Shown here piece by piece: positions 40,311 to 53,225 of a stretch of 64,000 bases of DNA (positions are counted from its first letter, which is position 1; every line of letters starts with the position of its first letter). The position numbers and the translations under genes were made by a program. Source of the stretch: Octopus sinensis (Eukaryota); assembly GCF_006345805.1 (NCBI RefSeq), contig NC_043003.1, positions 109,802,001 through 109,866,000 of the forward strand. The letters run 5' to 3'. The notes beneath the pieces are model-generated. The model was not told the origin of the DNA. It worked only from the letters and a program-made list of their open reading frames with translations, and searched no databases.

Positions 40311-41718
40311 CCTTGGGGGTGTCAGTTTTATTCCTACTACTGGTAACATAATGCTTACAACATCGGAAATGTCGGTAATAGTAATTTATTTTGCTCCAGC
40401 AGAGGAGTGACAGAATGATTACAGCATCGTAAAAATGCTTAGCGGTAATCCTTCCGACTATTTAGAGCTGAACTCAAATTTCTCCCATGTCACTTTTGCT
40501 TTTTATCATTCTCAGGTCGATGAGAGGACAATATAATCGACGAACCCAGTCTGTCAAATTTGCGAGCCTTGTGCCTAAATCTGAAACAAATTGTGCTTTT
40601 ATTGTTCAAGTTCATGTATATATATATTATGTACACAGGCGTTAAATTAACACACATACATGTATATAAGTATGTATGTGTAAGTGGGTACATTTAAATT
40701 ATAGCATACACGTGCATACATACATACATATAAATACATACATATAAATACATACATACATATAAATATACATATTTTCATATACATACACGCATGCGCC
40801 TATATACAAACACACATATTCTTGTATGTGTGTGCATGTGTATACATACATCTATATAATATGGACACACACATAAAGATATACGTCCATACACATACAC
40901 AGATATATAAGTACCTAAAACTAGAAATTAAATCAATTGATATAGAAACCTAGTCTACAGTTTATAATATATCATGTTATTCAATTTGATCCACTCAAAT
41001 GGTTTTCTTTCTAATTTAAGGACTACAAGTTGTATTTTAATGAATTTGATACTTTCAGGAGCACGGAGCATATCTCCAATACGTTGTCTTTGAATCAATA
41101 TAAAACCAGTCTTCGATTCACTGCCTCGGAGAAATAAATTTGATTTGTTTTTTAATTTTAGGTGCTGATTTTTAGTATCAAATTTTATAAATCGATACGA
41201 GGGGAAAATGAAACCCCTCTAGGTTGCACTGGAATTCAGAAACCTTTCATTGAATCTAAAACTCGGAGAAAAAAAACAAATATGATTAGTAGTTATGAAA
41301 GGAAAAGGAGAAAATTTGCATAGAATATTCAATTTTGATGAATGATTTGGAATTAAATTTCATTAGTTGATATATATCGACTCCAATGTGTATATCTAAG
41401 TTCTTCGATTCATAGTTTATTATGGTTCGTTTGCTGCAGATATCGGTCGTGTTAGCTCCTGTTTGGTTGGATAGTTCTAACCTGCATATCAATATCCTAT
41501 ATTAGTTAATTTTGTAAGTCACTGTATCGATTTATTTCAGTTTGAATCTATCTTAGCTAAACGAAGCAGTCAGGTTTGAAATCCAAGTTTACCGATAAAG
41601 AATAGATATTTCTGAGATAATACTTTCATCTTTTTTTCTGGAAAGTAATATTTAAACTATCGTTTTACTTCTGGTTCTGGTTAATCTTATGCGATGTGTG
41701 TAATAGAAATTAGAACGG

Positions 41719-41813
41719 AGTGCTACTTCGTCTTACAGTTCTATATCTAAGTGCTACTTCGTCTTACAGTTCTATATCTAAGTGCTACTTCGTCTTACAG
41801 TTCTATATCTAAG
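41719..41813. repeat. Perfect 31-bp tandem repeat, 3 copies
   Basis: agtgctacttcgtcttacagttctatatcta at 41719, 41750 and 41781. Confidence 0.95.
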
Positions 41814-42324
41814 AAACTGTCGGGTAACAATGTAAATCATTTAGAGAGAAACACGTGCAAGATCTCTGTAACACAAATATACAACCTATTTTCAAATTAA
41901 TTGTGTCAATTCGCTTTTAACTTGGTCATGGATAATCTGTCTTGATGTTGATAGGATAGAAACTGCATACGGTCAAACACCGAATCGTTACATCGTTGTA
42001 AAAATGCATTGAAGTATTTGTTCCAACGTTTTACATTCTCGGTTCAAATCCCACCTTGGTTGACTGTACCTTCCATCTCATTAGCAGTCGATAAAATAGA
42101 GTACCATGCAAATACTGGAGTAAATGAAATTCATATAGTATCGGAAACTACTGCTTTTGTATCTATCTTCGTCTTTCAAACTCTGCTGCAAGTATGCAAG
42201 TGGTGTGCTTGAGAAATCGCTTCACATGAAACCTCCCACACATGAAGATTGTTATTCTGTTTCAGGAACATATTTGTCTTTCTGTAATTATTAGGTGTTT
42301 AATACTCTTTTTACTATTTTACTA

Positions 42325-42533
42325 TTTTACTTGTTTCAGTCATTTGACTGTGGCCATGCTGGAGCACCGCCTTTAATCGAGCAACTCGACCCCGGGTCTT
42401 ATTCTTTTTGTAAGCCCAGTACTTATTCTATCGGTCTCTTTTGCCGAACCGCTAAGTAACGGGGACATAAACAGACCATCATCGGTTGCCAAGCAATGCT
42501 AGGGGGACAAACACACTCACACAAACACACACA

Positions 42534-42568
<35 letters not shown>

Positions 42569-42730
42569 GACGGGCTTCTTTCAGTTTCCGTCTACCAAAT
42601 CCACTCACAAGGCTTTGGTCGGCCCGAGGCTATAGTAGAAGACACTTGCCCAAGGTGCCACGCAGTGGGACTGAACCCGGAACCATGTGGTTGGTAAACA
42701 AGCTACTTACCACACAACCACTCCTGTGCC
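42325..42730 (-). mobile_element. SINE family 1, full length
   Basis: Reverse complement of 11384-11785. Confidence 0.9.
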
Positions 42731-42990
42731 TTAATCTGTACTTTTATTTATTAAATTTGTTTTTGGTTTAATACAACCTGTGTGCATTGTACGGTGCTTT
42801 GGTGGAATTTGAGAGCGGAAGACCTATTTTTGATAAATATTTCTGTGATTCCCCATTTATTGAAAGTAACATTTTGTGTCTGTCGTGTTTACGAGCTTCA
42901 TTACTAGAGAGTGTCACCATTTATAATTGTTTATTCGGATTTTATGTATCATCTCAACTTTCACAATCTCTTATTCAGCAAAGAGGTATA

Positions 42991-43690
42991 CGAATTGTGT
43001 TCAAAAAGTATCCGACTTTATTTCTCCAGCCAAAACTAATGCCGCGTAGGCAAAATCCGTGTGATGTGCGCTTATCAAATTTTTGCTTTCACGCAAGTTG
43101 ACCGAATGCATCGAGCTGAGATATTGCATCAAGTTTTGCCAGAAACTTGGTGACATTGAAGCTCAGACCATGTAGAAGATTCAGCAGGCCTTGGGCAAAA
43201 CTTAGACAAAGGAGTGGTACAACCGCTTCAAACGTGACCACACATCAATGGAGAGCGAGGCAAGTTCAGACAGGCCATCCACAAACCGAAACGCGGAGCT
43301 GATTGAGAAAGTTTGGCAAATAGTCACGTAGGACAGTCGTTTAACACTCCTGGAAATTGGTCTCGAAACGGGAATAAGTAAAAGATCTGTGCATTTCATT
43401 TTAACGGAGGATTTGTGCATGCAAAAAGTATCGGCCAAGTTGCTAAATCGCTCAGGACATACTGGACTGTGCAAACTAAGTCTCAAGCTTCATGAAGAGC
43501 GACTTCATTGATGATGAGTCATGGCTTTATGGTTTCTACTCGACGCATTCAGTCGTCTTGCGTGATAATGAAAATCCGGCAAACGCACACTACATGCTTG
43601 TGTCCTGGGAAGGAACTGACGCGGCCTACCGGCTCGAAAATTTTCAGCCGTGCGTAGGATGGGTGGTTTCACTTTCCAGTCAAGGATTTT
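42991..43690 (+). mobile_element. Internally deleted mariner (N-terminal HTH to first catalytic D)
   Basis: TA then TIR-like cgaattgtgttcaaaaagtatccgac. Frames read ELRYCIKFCQKLGD...KEWYNRFK...SSDRPST...EDLCMQKVSAK and DDESWLYGF. The right end is uncertain. Confidence 0.75.
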
Positions 43691-44792
43691 GCCCATGCAT
43701 GATACTGAAGTTGTAGCATGCTATTTGGTTCTAAGGTATCAACTACTTCAATCTTAATTTTCGAGCTGAGATAACTACTTTTGATCATGCTAACCTACAC
43801 AATATACGGGAAATATAAATTCGTCAACACAGTACACAGGAAATATAAATCCAAATAACTGTACATGCGGTGGAAGGCAGGTTCACACGTCTACGTACAA
43901 ATATTTGCACGTATAGATCCAAGATGATTCAATTTTAAATCCCTTCACGACAGAATTTTGAAACATTTCACAATTAACGAGATGTCATTTTAATATTGTT
44001 TCAATAGTCCGCTTTCAGCCATATGTATATTTATCTGGAGTTTTAGTAGTATTTTGAAGGTATTCGCACTTCAAGCCTGTCGGAGATAGTTCGTTCTTTT
44101 CGCCCTTGCTCCTTTAATATAATTATATATATATATATATATGTACATTGTTACTAATATAATGTATAAATTGCCTATAAAATTTTATAGCATGCTGACT
44201 ACCTGATAAAAATCATTCACGTGATTTTTATCCTTATATTCTATTATGAATTTATAAATATAATAAAATAAAATAATTTAATTATTTTTACTCCTGACCG
44301 GAATAGCATTTACTGCTTGTTATTCTTATAATATACACGTGGCTTTCGTGAGGGGATGAACAGAGGTATGCACGGCTGACAAGGAATAGGATCTCCACTG
44401 CGGAACAAAGACCAGTTGCAAAAGCTCAGAGAAGCAACTTTTATGAAGCAACTTTCAGTTATGATCCAGTAGTTCATTATGCAGTTGACACTAAAGTTTG
44501 CATTGGTGCAATAACAACTGGGTGCCTACATTGTAAAGCAAGGAAGTTGCCTGGAGAGACACCTGCACTATGCTGCAGCGGTGGAAAGGTTAAACTCCCT
44601 GCAATCTCCCAACCGCCAGAGCCACTGAAGAAAGTGTTGTCATCAACGGACCAAGCACTTTCAAAACAAAATTAGGCAATACAACACTGCACTACAGATG
44701 ACATCATTTGGAGCCACAAAGATATTTGTTAGCCAGGATTCATGCAAACTTTCAAGATCCAGAGTCAGATTTGTCATCGGATTGGCTCTCTA

Positions 44793-46083
44793 CGAGGGGC
44801 ATTCAATAAGTAATGCCCCTGACCCACTTCCCATAGCAGTAGAGCAACGACACTTGGCACAGTTATTAGTCTTCTTTTACATAGGAACTACCCAGAGTTA
44901 CGCATTTCTCTCATCGTTTGATGCAGCTCTAGAGACCGTTTTTGTAGAAGACCCCAGCTTGGTCCTCCAACCACGACCTGACTTCAGAAATCAAGGCTGC
45001 ATCATCTGGGAAACGCTTTCCTTTCAAAAACAACTTCATGGCTGGGAAGAGGTGAAAATCCGAGGTTGCAAGGTCAGGAGAGAAGGGGGTTGGGGGAGGA
45101 GTTCATAGCTGCACGCCTGTGCTTCTGATCTGGCTACCATCGAGTTGTGGACCGGAGCGTTGTCCTGCAGGAGGAGGATACCTTTGCTGATCTTGCCCCG
45201 CCTCTTGATTTTGATAGCTTCTCTTAATTTCCTCAAAAGTGAAGCATAATAGGCTCCTGTAATTGTGGTACCCTTTGCCAGAAAATCTGTCATCACTATT
45301 CCGTCCCAGTCCCAGAAGACTGTGAGCATGACCTTGCCAGCGGAGGGCTGCACCCTTGCCTTCTTTGGAGGAGGTGAGTCACGGTGTTTCCACTGCATTG
45401 ACTGGGCTTTGGTCTCTGGATCATGGTGATGGACCCAGGTTTCAACCTGTGTAATCAGTCTTTTGAAAACTTTTGACTCATCTTCATGGCACATCTCCAA
45501 ATTCATCCTCGAGCACTCGACGCGTTCTTGCTTCTGGAAAGGTGTGAGCAACCCGGGAATCCATCTGGCAGACACCTTTTGCATATGCAAATGGTCATGA
45601 ATGATAGTTTCCACAGACCCGGTACTAATCTTGACCTCATGGGCTATTTGGCGAATAGTTATGCGTCGATCTTCCAAAATGGCAGCCTCAACTTGACGGA
45701 CAGATGCCTCATCAATGGCAGAAGGGGGCGACCAGATCTGGGAGCTGTTTCCACAGAGTTCCGACCATGTTTGAATTCACGATGCCAGCATTTTACAAGG
45801 TCATATGATGGGGCATCATTACCATAAGTTACTTTTATTTCATCAAAAGTCTCCCGTGGTGTGCGTCCTTTCAAATACAAAACCCGGATCACTGCTCGTC
45901 ACTCAACAGGCGCCATTTCACACTTGACTCAGTTCAAACACCTGTAAATCAGAAACCACAATTAGTTTAGAGCTGTAATTTGCCACGTAATCTATAGAGA
46001 TATAAATAATTGCACATGCACGATTTCAGCAAGATCAAACAACTACAAATGGGTCAGGGGCATTACTTACTGGACGTCCCTCG
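44793..46083 (-). mobile_element. Near full-length mariner (1291 bp) with TIRs and TA TSD
   Basis: TA|CGAGGGGCATTCAATAAGTAATGCCCCTGACCC at the left and the inverted GGGTCAGGGGCATTACTTACTGGACGTCCCTCG|TA at the right. Confidence 0.95.
44866..45916 (-). pseudogene. Mariner DD34D transposase pseudogene
   Basis: MAPVE*RAVI..., WIPGLL (WVPxxL), QVETWVHHHDPETK (catalytic D changed to V), LLQDNAPVH and a frameshifted YSPDLAP region. One premature stop and two frameshifts. Confidence 0.9.
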
Positions 46084-46394
46084 TACTTCCTCTGTCAAAG
46101 GAATCACCAAAATCAGCCTTTCGTTGTTTATAATCTGTACCTGTTTTTTGGTTACAAAATAAGCTACACAAAACGTGTTTTTGAATTACGTGTATTTAAT
46201 TTATATACACAAATGAGTTGAAAATTTTCGTTTATCATTTCGCTTAACGTCTATGTTCCCTGTTGGCATGTGTTACAGAGTTACTGATGAAGAACATTAG
46301 TATCTCAGCTACTATCAACTGAGACGTGCGTGATCTAGACGACATTTTAAAATTTCATTATTTTCTTTAACTCGGGCAACGCTGGGTATTTCTG

Positions 46395-46441
<47 letters not shown>

Positions 46442-46452
46442 TATATATATAT

Positions 46453-46604
46453 TGGCTGTGTGGTAAGTAGCTTGTTTACCAAGCACATGGTTCCGGTTCA
46501 GTCCCACTGCGTGGCACCTTGGGCAAGTGTCTTCTACTATAGCCTCGGGCCGACCAAAGCCTTGTGAGCGGATTTGGTAGACGGAAACTGAAAGAAGCCC
46601 ATCG
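46453..46604 (+). mobile_element. SINE family 1, 5' half
   Basis: Head and CORE-like segment. Confidence 0.85.
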
Positions 46605-46606
46605 TA

Positions 46607-46646
<40 letters not shown>

Positions 46647-47299
46647 ATCCAAACATGAAAACACAAAGAGAAAACACAACAACGCGAGGACGTGGAACAA
46701 ATATAGTATTATTGGACGCTCAGGAAGGAAGGGAAGAAGGAGGGTTATATATTTATATATATATAGAGAGAGACAGCGAGAGACAGTAAGAGTGATGTAT
46801 ATACGTATATGCATTTGTGTAATATATATGCGTGTTTTTGTATCTGATTATGCGTCGGTGTGACTGAGTGTAATTTAAACTGGGAACTGATTCCAGTTTG
46901 TGTTTCCCTGAACCGCTTTGAAGTATCTACGGCGAAAGCTTTCCTTTCTGCATAATTATTTATTTCTAGTGATTTTTTTTCAACGATCATTCATTAAATT
47001 TATTAAAATTCAACTAATGCTTTTAATACGGATGGTGCCTCTCTATTATTATTTATTCAGTATTAATATCACATCGAGAATCTCTGTCATATAATTTCAT
47101 TTCTAAATTTGGTTTTACTAAAATACATAAGAATTGCATAAATCAAACGTAGGAATCCTCCCAAAGAAGATTCATCTTCTACTAAAAAAAGATGAATATT
47201 TCTTTTTCTATGAAGCAGCTTAATATATTACGGTATTCAATGCCTCGTTAATAACGCGCGAAAGTAATCAAGTAAATTCCTGCTAATCTAAAATAAACA

Positions 47300-47660
47300 G
47301 AAGCTCCAAATTCTTCATTTGGTTCAACTAAATCTCTTTCTATAAAAAGAAATATATATCAGTAATATATAGAAGTAGGCGAAAGCATCTTAATGTTGCT
47401 GCTTTTATCTTTCCTTTGCTACTTTCTAGCCATTATACTGGGGATATGGTGGACGCCTTCAGCGTTTGGAAAAAATAGAAGCTCAATTAAGATGGAATAA
47501 CCAGTGAAAAAATAGAAACATTATTAAGTTAAGAAATATTTTCTCATCGGCAGTTTCGAGAGATAATTGCAATATTCTCCCTCTTATGAAAGCTTCAGCG
47601 GTTGTATAATCTCTTGTGCGTGCCGAAGCCTTAGCAATTGAATAAACTAAGTAAATATGT
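47300..47660 (-). mobile_element. Possible highly decayed hAT (Buster-like) transposase remnant
   Basis: VYSIAKASARTRDYTTAEAFI weakly resembles AxxIAKxKKPHTIGExLI. Confidence 0.3.
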
Positions 47661-48984
47661 AGAATTGAATATTTGTTGGTATGGGAGAGAATTGTTTAGA
47701 CGGTAAGCAATTTTAATGCCTGATAAAGAATAGATATGAGAGAATACTTTTGTAAATGTTTGAGATATTTATTTCTAATATTGGCAGAGGTTGCAGATTT
47801 TTTAGTGAGGTGGATGACAGTTGCTTAAGTAGACTCCAATGTTTCGCAGGAAATTCACTTTATCGACTTCATGCGGAGGAAGGGGGAAAAGCCAATCTCA
47901 GCTGGATTCGATCTTATACTAAAGGTATAACGAAAATATAAAAAAAAAATTGCTAAGACTTTTACCCGTCGTTCTAACCACTCCGTCCATCCATCTCTGG
48001 TTTTAATGGATAAATAGTGTTTCCAATTGAAGCGAGCGGGTAGGTAATTTGAGAGTAGGGCGTTAGCTGACTACATAAACTCTACAAGCACCCTGGTACT
48101 CTATTTTATGGACACTGCAAAGATGAAAGGCAAATTTGATTTCGGAATATTTAACCCAGAACGTAAGGAGACGTAGAAATACAGGCTAATGGCTCTGTCA
48201 ACCCACCACTTTTAATTCTTCAAATATTAAACAACAAAAGTATAACATAATTGAGAAAGTACGATCGATGGAGAATATAAGAAAACTGTATTTGTACGCT
48301 GTAATATTGTTGTTTTTGTTTAGATATTTTCATATATAGATCAAAAGTAAATATTGTAAGAAACATTTATATGCAACTTTTGTAGACCTACTCATACATA
48401 GAGCAGTCAAAGGGAAAGAAAAAAATCTAACAGTATATAGATGTAGAGACATTAATTTACAATGTGTACGCTATGAAAATGTCATTCCCCTACCAAAATT
48501 TCATGATCAGATTCATTCAGATCTAAGTAGATCCGCATCAATACATCTCGAACCATTACAGATCAGTTGCTTTGTAAGCCATGTCGTTTATTTTAGTAGT
48601 AATGTTAACATACAATCCAATTCTTCTGAGAGCTTCTCCACTCAAACTTCAAGAACTTCTTTTATTATTTATACACAGAAAAGTTACAAATGCACTGTAT
48701 GAACTCAGCAGCTCAGCCTTTCCCAATACATGAGGCAAAATATGAACTCCACTTCTCACGTTAAGACTGACCTACACTTATTTACTGGACCAGCATTAAT
48801 GTAATTTTATTTATCTTGTATGTTTTGAAAAACGCAACAGTGTAATATTAACTTTATAATCATTGTTATGTTTACTACTCCAACAAAACAAATCTAATTC
48901 CGGTCATTGGTTTAACAATTTCTTCGTTGGCTTGTTTTACGACAGATATATATTATATATATATATATATATGACGCCAAGATA

Positions 48985-49160
48985 GATCGTAAGCCACTAC
49001 ACTCATTTTTTCTCTCCTTGTTTTTTCTGTGTCTCTTTCTGTAAAAGAGCGTAGGCTCGAAACGTAAAAGACTTTTTCTACTCATGAGCGCTATACTAAT
49101 ACATCTGTTTGTTTTGTACACCACCTGTCTTCGTCTTTTGTCTTTTTCGTAAACTCTCCC
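48985..49160 (+). mobile_element. Penelope-like pLTR repeat with hammerhead-like fold (variant core)
   Basis: tcttt-CTGTAAAA-GAGC gtag GCTC-GAAA-CG-TA-aaaga at 49034-49071. Same family as 478-790. Confidence 0.6.
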
Positions 49161-51067
49161 TATATATATATATATATATATATGGCGGTGCCCCAGCATG
49201 GCCACAGCTCGTGAGCTGAAACTAGAATCAATCAATCAATCAATATATATGAAAGACAACGAAGAACAAAAAGAAAATATCCAATTGTTAACAAAAGAAA
49301 ATGTATGACGGGGTTGGGAGAAAAAGACACCTCTCAAAAACAAATAGCAGTCACCACGACAGTAGCATTAATTAGAATTCTTTCAGAAATGTTGAGCGGG
49401 GTTTTATTTTATCAACTGCAAAAGGCAAAATAAACTTCGGAAGAATTTGAACTCAGAATGTAAAGAGTCGATAGAAATACAGAAAGGAATTCCTCGACAT
49501 TAACGATTCTGCCAGCTCGCCTTCACTGATAATAGCACTGTGTAATAACAAGAAGTATGACAAACATCAGTAATAATAACTACAACAACAATAACGGCAT
49601 TCTAAAAGGATTCTCTAATTTGCTAAAAATTTACTTTTAAAAATATATAATCGCTATAGGGTTGTGTGAATATTGCACAAATTCAACTCTCCAATAATAT
49701 AATATTGATTTATAATATAAGGTGAATGCTACACGTACAGTTGGAATGGGAACACTTGCTTTTATAACACTTGGTAATTATTTTAACAGGTACTTATTTC
49801 ATGATTGCATCGAAGTCGAGCTACGCAGGATTTTGAAGATACACTATAAAAGGGACGTTACTAAACACTGCCAGGCATTTCATCAACCGATCTATTACTA
49901 CTGCTCTTTGCTGCATTTATCAATAATTCAATAAAATATGTTAATAAATTTAATTATGTCCATGTAACCATGATTTCCACGTGATCACAAAATTTTCACA
50001 GGCTCTGAAAATATTTGATAGTATTTAATTTATTCTGCGATGTATGTAGGTGTGTGCAGATAATGGAAAGATAATATCGAGTTTATATTTAAGATTCTTT
50101 TGCATTTCTCCTCATCCCATCTAATTACGCTCTCTGACATCTGTATGCCTCATGAATAATTGCTACATCATGTGTTTTTCTATAATGTTCATTAGATGCA
50201 ACTGGCAGCACAGTTAAGTCTTATCAATGGTGTTACTGATGCGTGTCGAAATTGGAAGATTCAAAATTAGACCGCTTATGTTTTTTTTAACACCAGCTAA
50301 CTCATACTTGTCTGTTGTGTGTCATATTCACTTCAAGACCACGTGATTTAGGGTTTAGCCCCAGAGCGAGGTATTTTGGTCAAGTATCTTCTGCTAAGGT
50401 CTGGGGCCAAGCAGTTGGAATTTAATTTAATCGAGAGAAACAGTACGGAGACCGAAACTTCTGGTGTCTTTGTACGCACTGACGTACGCATGTATGTATA
50501 CATATGTGTGTGTGTGTGCGTTTGTGTGTGTGTGTGCATGCGCGTGTGTGTGTGTGCATGCGTGTGTGTGTATGTGTGTGTGTGTGTTTGTGAGTATGTA
50601 TATGTGTAAAGGTACTTTTGTACTTTTCTGCCATCGTTTGACATTCAACGTTGGGTTCTTCAGTGCAGCGATTTGATCGGTTAAATCCTTCAAGGAAACA
50701 CTCCAGCATGGCCGCAGGACAATGATAATATCTCGGCCTCTTTGCACAGTTGTGGATTATCAGAATTAAAGCAACAGAAAAAATGCTCTGCTGTGTTTAC
50801 AAAGCTTAAGTTGCATATTATGCAGTTCTAATCGAGTTGGGATAGCTTTTACAACAGATCACTGCAAGAGCGACAAGCTAAAGCAAATAATTGTAGCAGG
50901 ATGAACATATTCTATTGTACCTCTTGAACTTCAAATTTCTGTCTCTGTATGAAACGGTATCTCGCATTTCTGGACTCACTCTGGTACTTTTATTAAAGCA
51001 ATTTGTTTAAATGTGTTATTTATTAACATCGTTCAAGATGTGTGAAAATGAAACGGAGTAAAATTTC

Positions 51068-51410
51068 AAAGGTGGCGAGCTGGTGAAGTGCTTAGCGGTA
51101 TTTCGTCTGCCGCTACGTTCTGAGTTCAAATTCCGCCGAGGTCGACTTTGCCTTTCATCCTTTCGGGGTCGATAAATCAAGTACCAGTTACGCAATGGGG
51201 TCGATAAAATCGACTTAATCCGTTTCTCTGTCCTTGTTTGTCCCCTCTGTGTGTAGCCCCTTCTGGGCAGTAAAGAAAGAGGTATTTCTTCGAACTTAAC
51301 GTTCTAAGTTCAAATATTGCCGCGGTCGATTTTGCCTTTTATTCTTCGAAGTCGATAAAATAAGTACTAGTCAAAGACTGGCGTCCATGTAATCTACCAC
51401 TCGCCCCTTC
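51068..51410 (+). mobile_element. SINE family 3, one near-complete copy plus a partial copy
   Basis: Head, B box and central domain occur twice. Confidence 0.85.
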
Positions 51411-52407
51411 AAACCAAAATTTTAGTTCTTGTGACTATATTCGAACTAATTATTTTACCTTAAGCCTTTCCATTATAATTAGGAATATACACGTTTATAA
51501 AACTGATATTACATTTATTGCTCTGGTGGTGAGGACTAACATGTCATGTACATATGTCGTCTCTCCTAACTGTACACGTAACAGAAATAAAGTCAAAGAG
51601 TATAACTTTTTAAGTATATTTTGAATGGACTTTACTACTTTCATTCTGTTATTTAAGTATCGGTACAAAAAATTATTTTTTAATGCAGAGAAGAAATTAT
51701 TATCATAAACTAATTATCATGCATTATTTTTAAATAACTTATCGACGAAGCATAATAGTAACAACACGATAAAAAGAAAACCTCAGCAACTAATCGTATT
51801 CCAGTTTGATCATTGAAAAATTTTGTACAGAACAGCAAATAGTAGTTTCCAACTATGAAATGCTGTTCAATTAGAACTGTAATAGAAAGTAAATTGGCAA
51901 TAAATGACCCTTGAACAGTTATAGATGCGCCTTGTGTCCACTGGCTAATTTGATACAATTGTGTTGCTGACGCCCTGCAGTTAAACAGCTGTAATTCTGA
52001 ACTCTCACTCCTCTTACAGTAGCAGCACATTTCTCTTCACTGTTCTGGTATTGACAATATCCTACCCTTGACAATTTCTTTAACATCGTTTCGTTAGCTA
52101 AACACTTCGTGGATGTGAGATTTAATAGGAAAAGGAGATACATTTGATTGAATCTAATTTTAATGATACCAACAAAGCCAGTATTTTATATTCATCGTTA
52201 GATAGCAATTTCTATTTCTAAAGGAGGTACAAAAACAAAATTATAGTTTCATGCTGAGAAGAACCGAGTGCATTACTATGTAATAGCGAAATACCAGGAT
52301 ACTGAATGTATTGCAGAGTTTTTAGGCCTTTACGATTTGCATCAATCATAAAATGAATGTTAATAACTGAACGATAAGCTACGTACATACATACATACAT
52401 ACATACA

Positions 52408-52486
<79 letters not shown>

Positions 52487-52941
52487 CCACATATAGCTAT
52501 CTGTCTCCCTATACATATGTGTCATAGATACACACACGCACGCACACACACACGCGCACACACACACGCACACACACACACAGACACACACACACATGCA
52601 TATTGTTGTATTTCGGGAAGGTCATTTTTTTTGCCAAATAATCACACGCACCATACATTCGTTCTCCACTCGTTTGTTACTGTTCTTATCGGCCGGACAA
52701 TAGACATAGTAATAAACGTCTGAAGAGCAAGTACACAGTGTGTGTATTTGTTTACCAAAAATAGAAAATGACCATCCCGAAATAAAAGAATATCTGTTTC
52801 AACACACGCTTTCACATCAGGAATCTTATAACACAATTCATAAACGTATGTATGTGTGTGTGTGTATGTGTGTGTGTGTGTATGTGTGTGTGTGTGTGTG
52901 TATGTATCTCTTTCTATATATGAACGTGTGTGTATGTGTGA

Positions 52942-53225
52942 AAGCATGGTGTTAAATGGTTAGGGTACCCAGCTCACGATTGTAAATTCGTAAGTTTCAT
53001 TCCTGGCGGTGGGTTGTACCCTTGAGCAAGACACTCTTTATTTTACGTTGTCCCAGTCCACTCAGGTGATAAAAATGAGTTGTACCTGTAACTGAAGTGG
53101 CCAGCCACGTCCCATTGCGTGTCACGCTAAATCAATTTGTGAACTACGTTAAGGATACGCATAGCTGTAGAGCATCCGCACGTAAATTTGATGAGCAGAC
53201 ATTTCCATTGATCGAGACAAGATGT
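52942..53225 (+). mobile_element. Diverged tRNA-SINE with family-2-like tail
   Basis: Degenerate head, ccttgagcaagacac segment and tail gtcacgct...gaactacgttaagg shared with 10426. Confidence 0.55.

Larger units (their letters stand above)
44440..46398 (+). mobile_element. Helitron RepHel N-terminal fragment and 3' terminus, interrupted by a mariner
   Basis: FSYDP...GCLHCKARKLPGETPALCCSGGKVKLP...IRQYNTALQMTSFGA...TFKIQSQICHRIGSL [mariner] LPLSKESPK. The 3' end is ctcgggcaacgctgggtatttctgctaa at 46371-46398. Confidence 0.85.

Noticed and set aside
41719-41813. CRISPR array
   Set aside because: Contiguous repeats with no spacers, eukaryotic context and no cas genes.
48340-48705. ~120-codon stop-free plus frame without a start
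   Set aside because: About one such frame is expected by chance in 64 kb x 6 frames. Only a short YATFVDL RT-like word, and no splice support.
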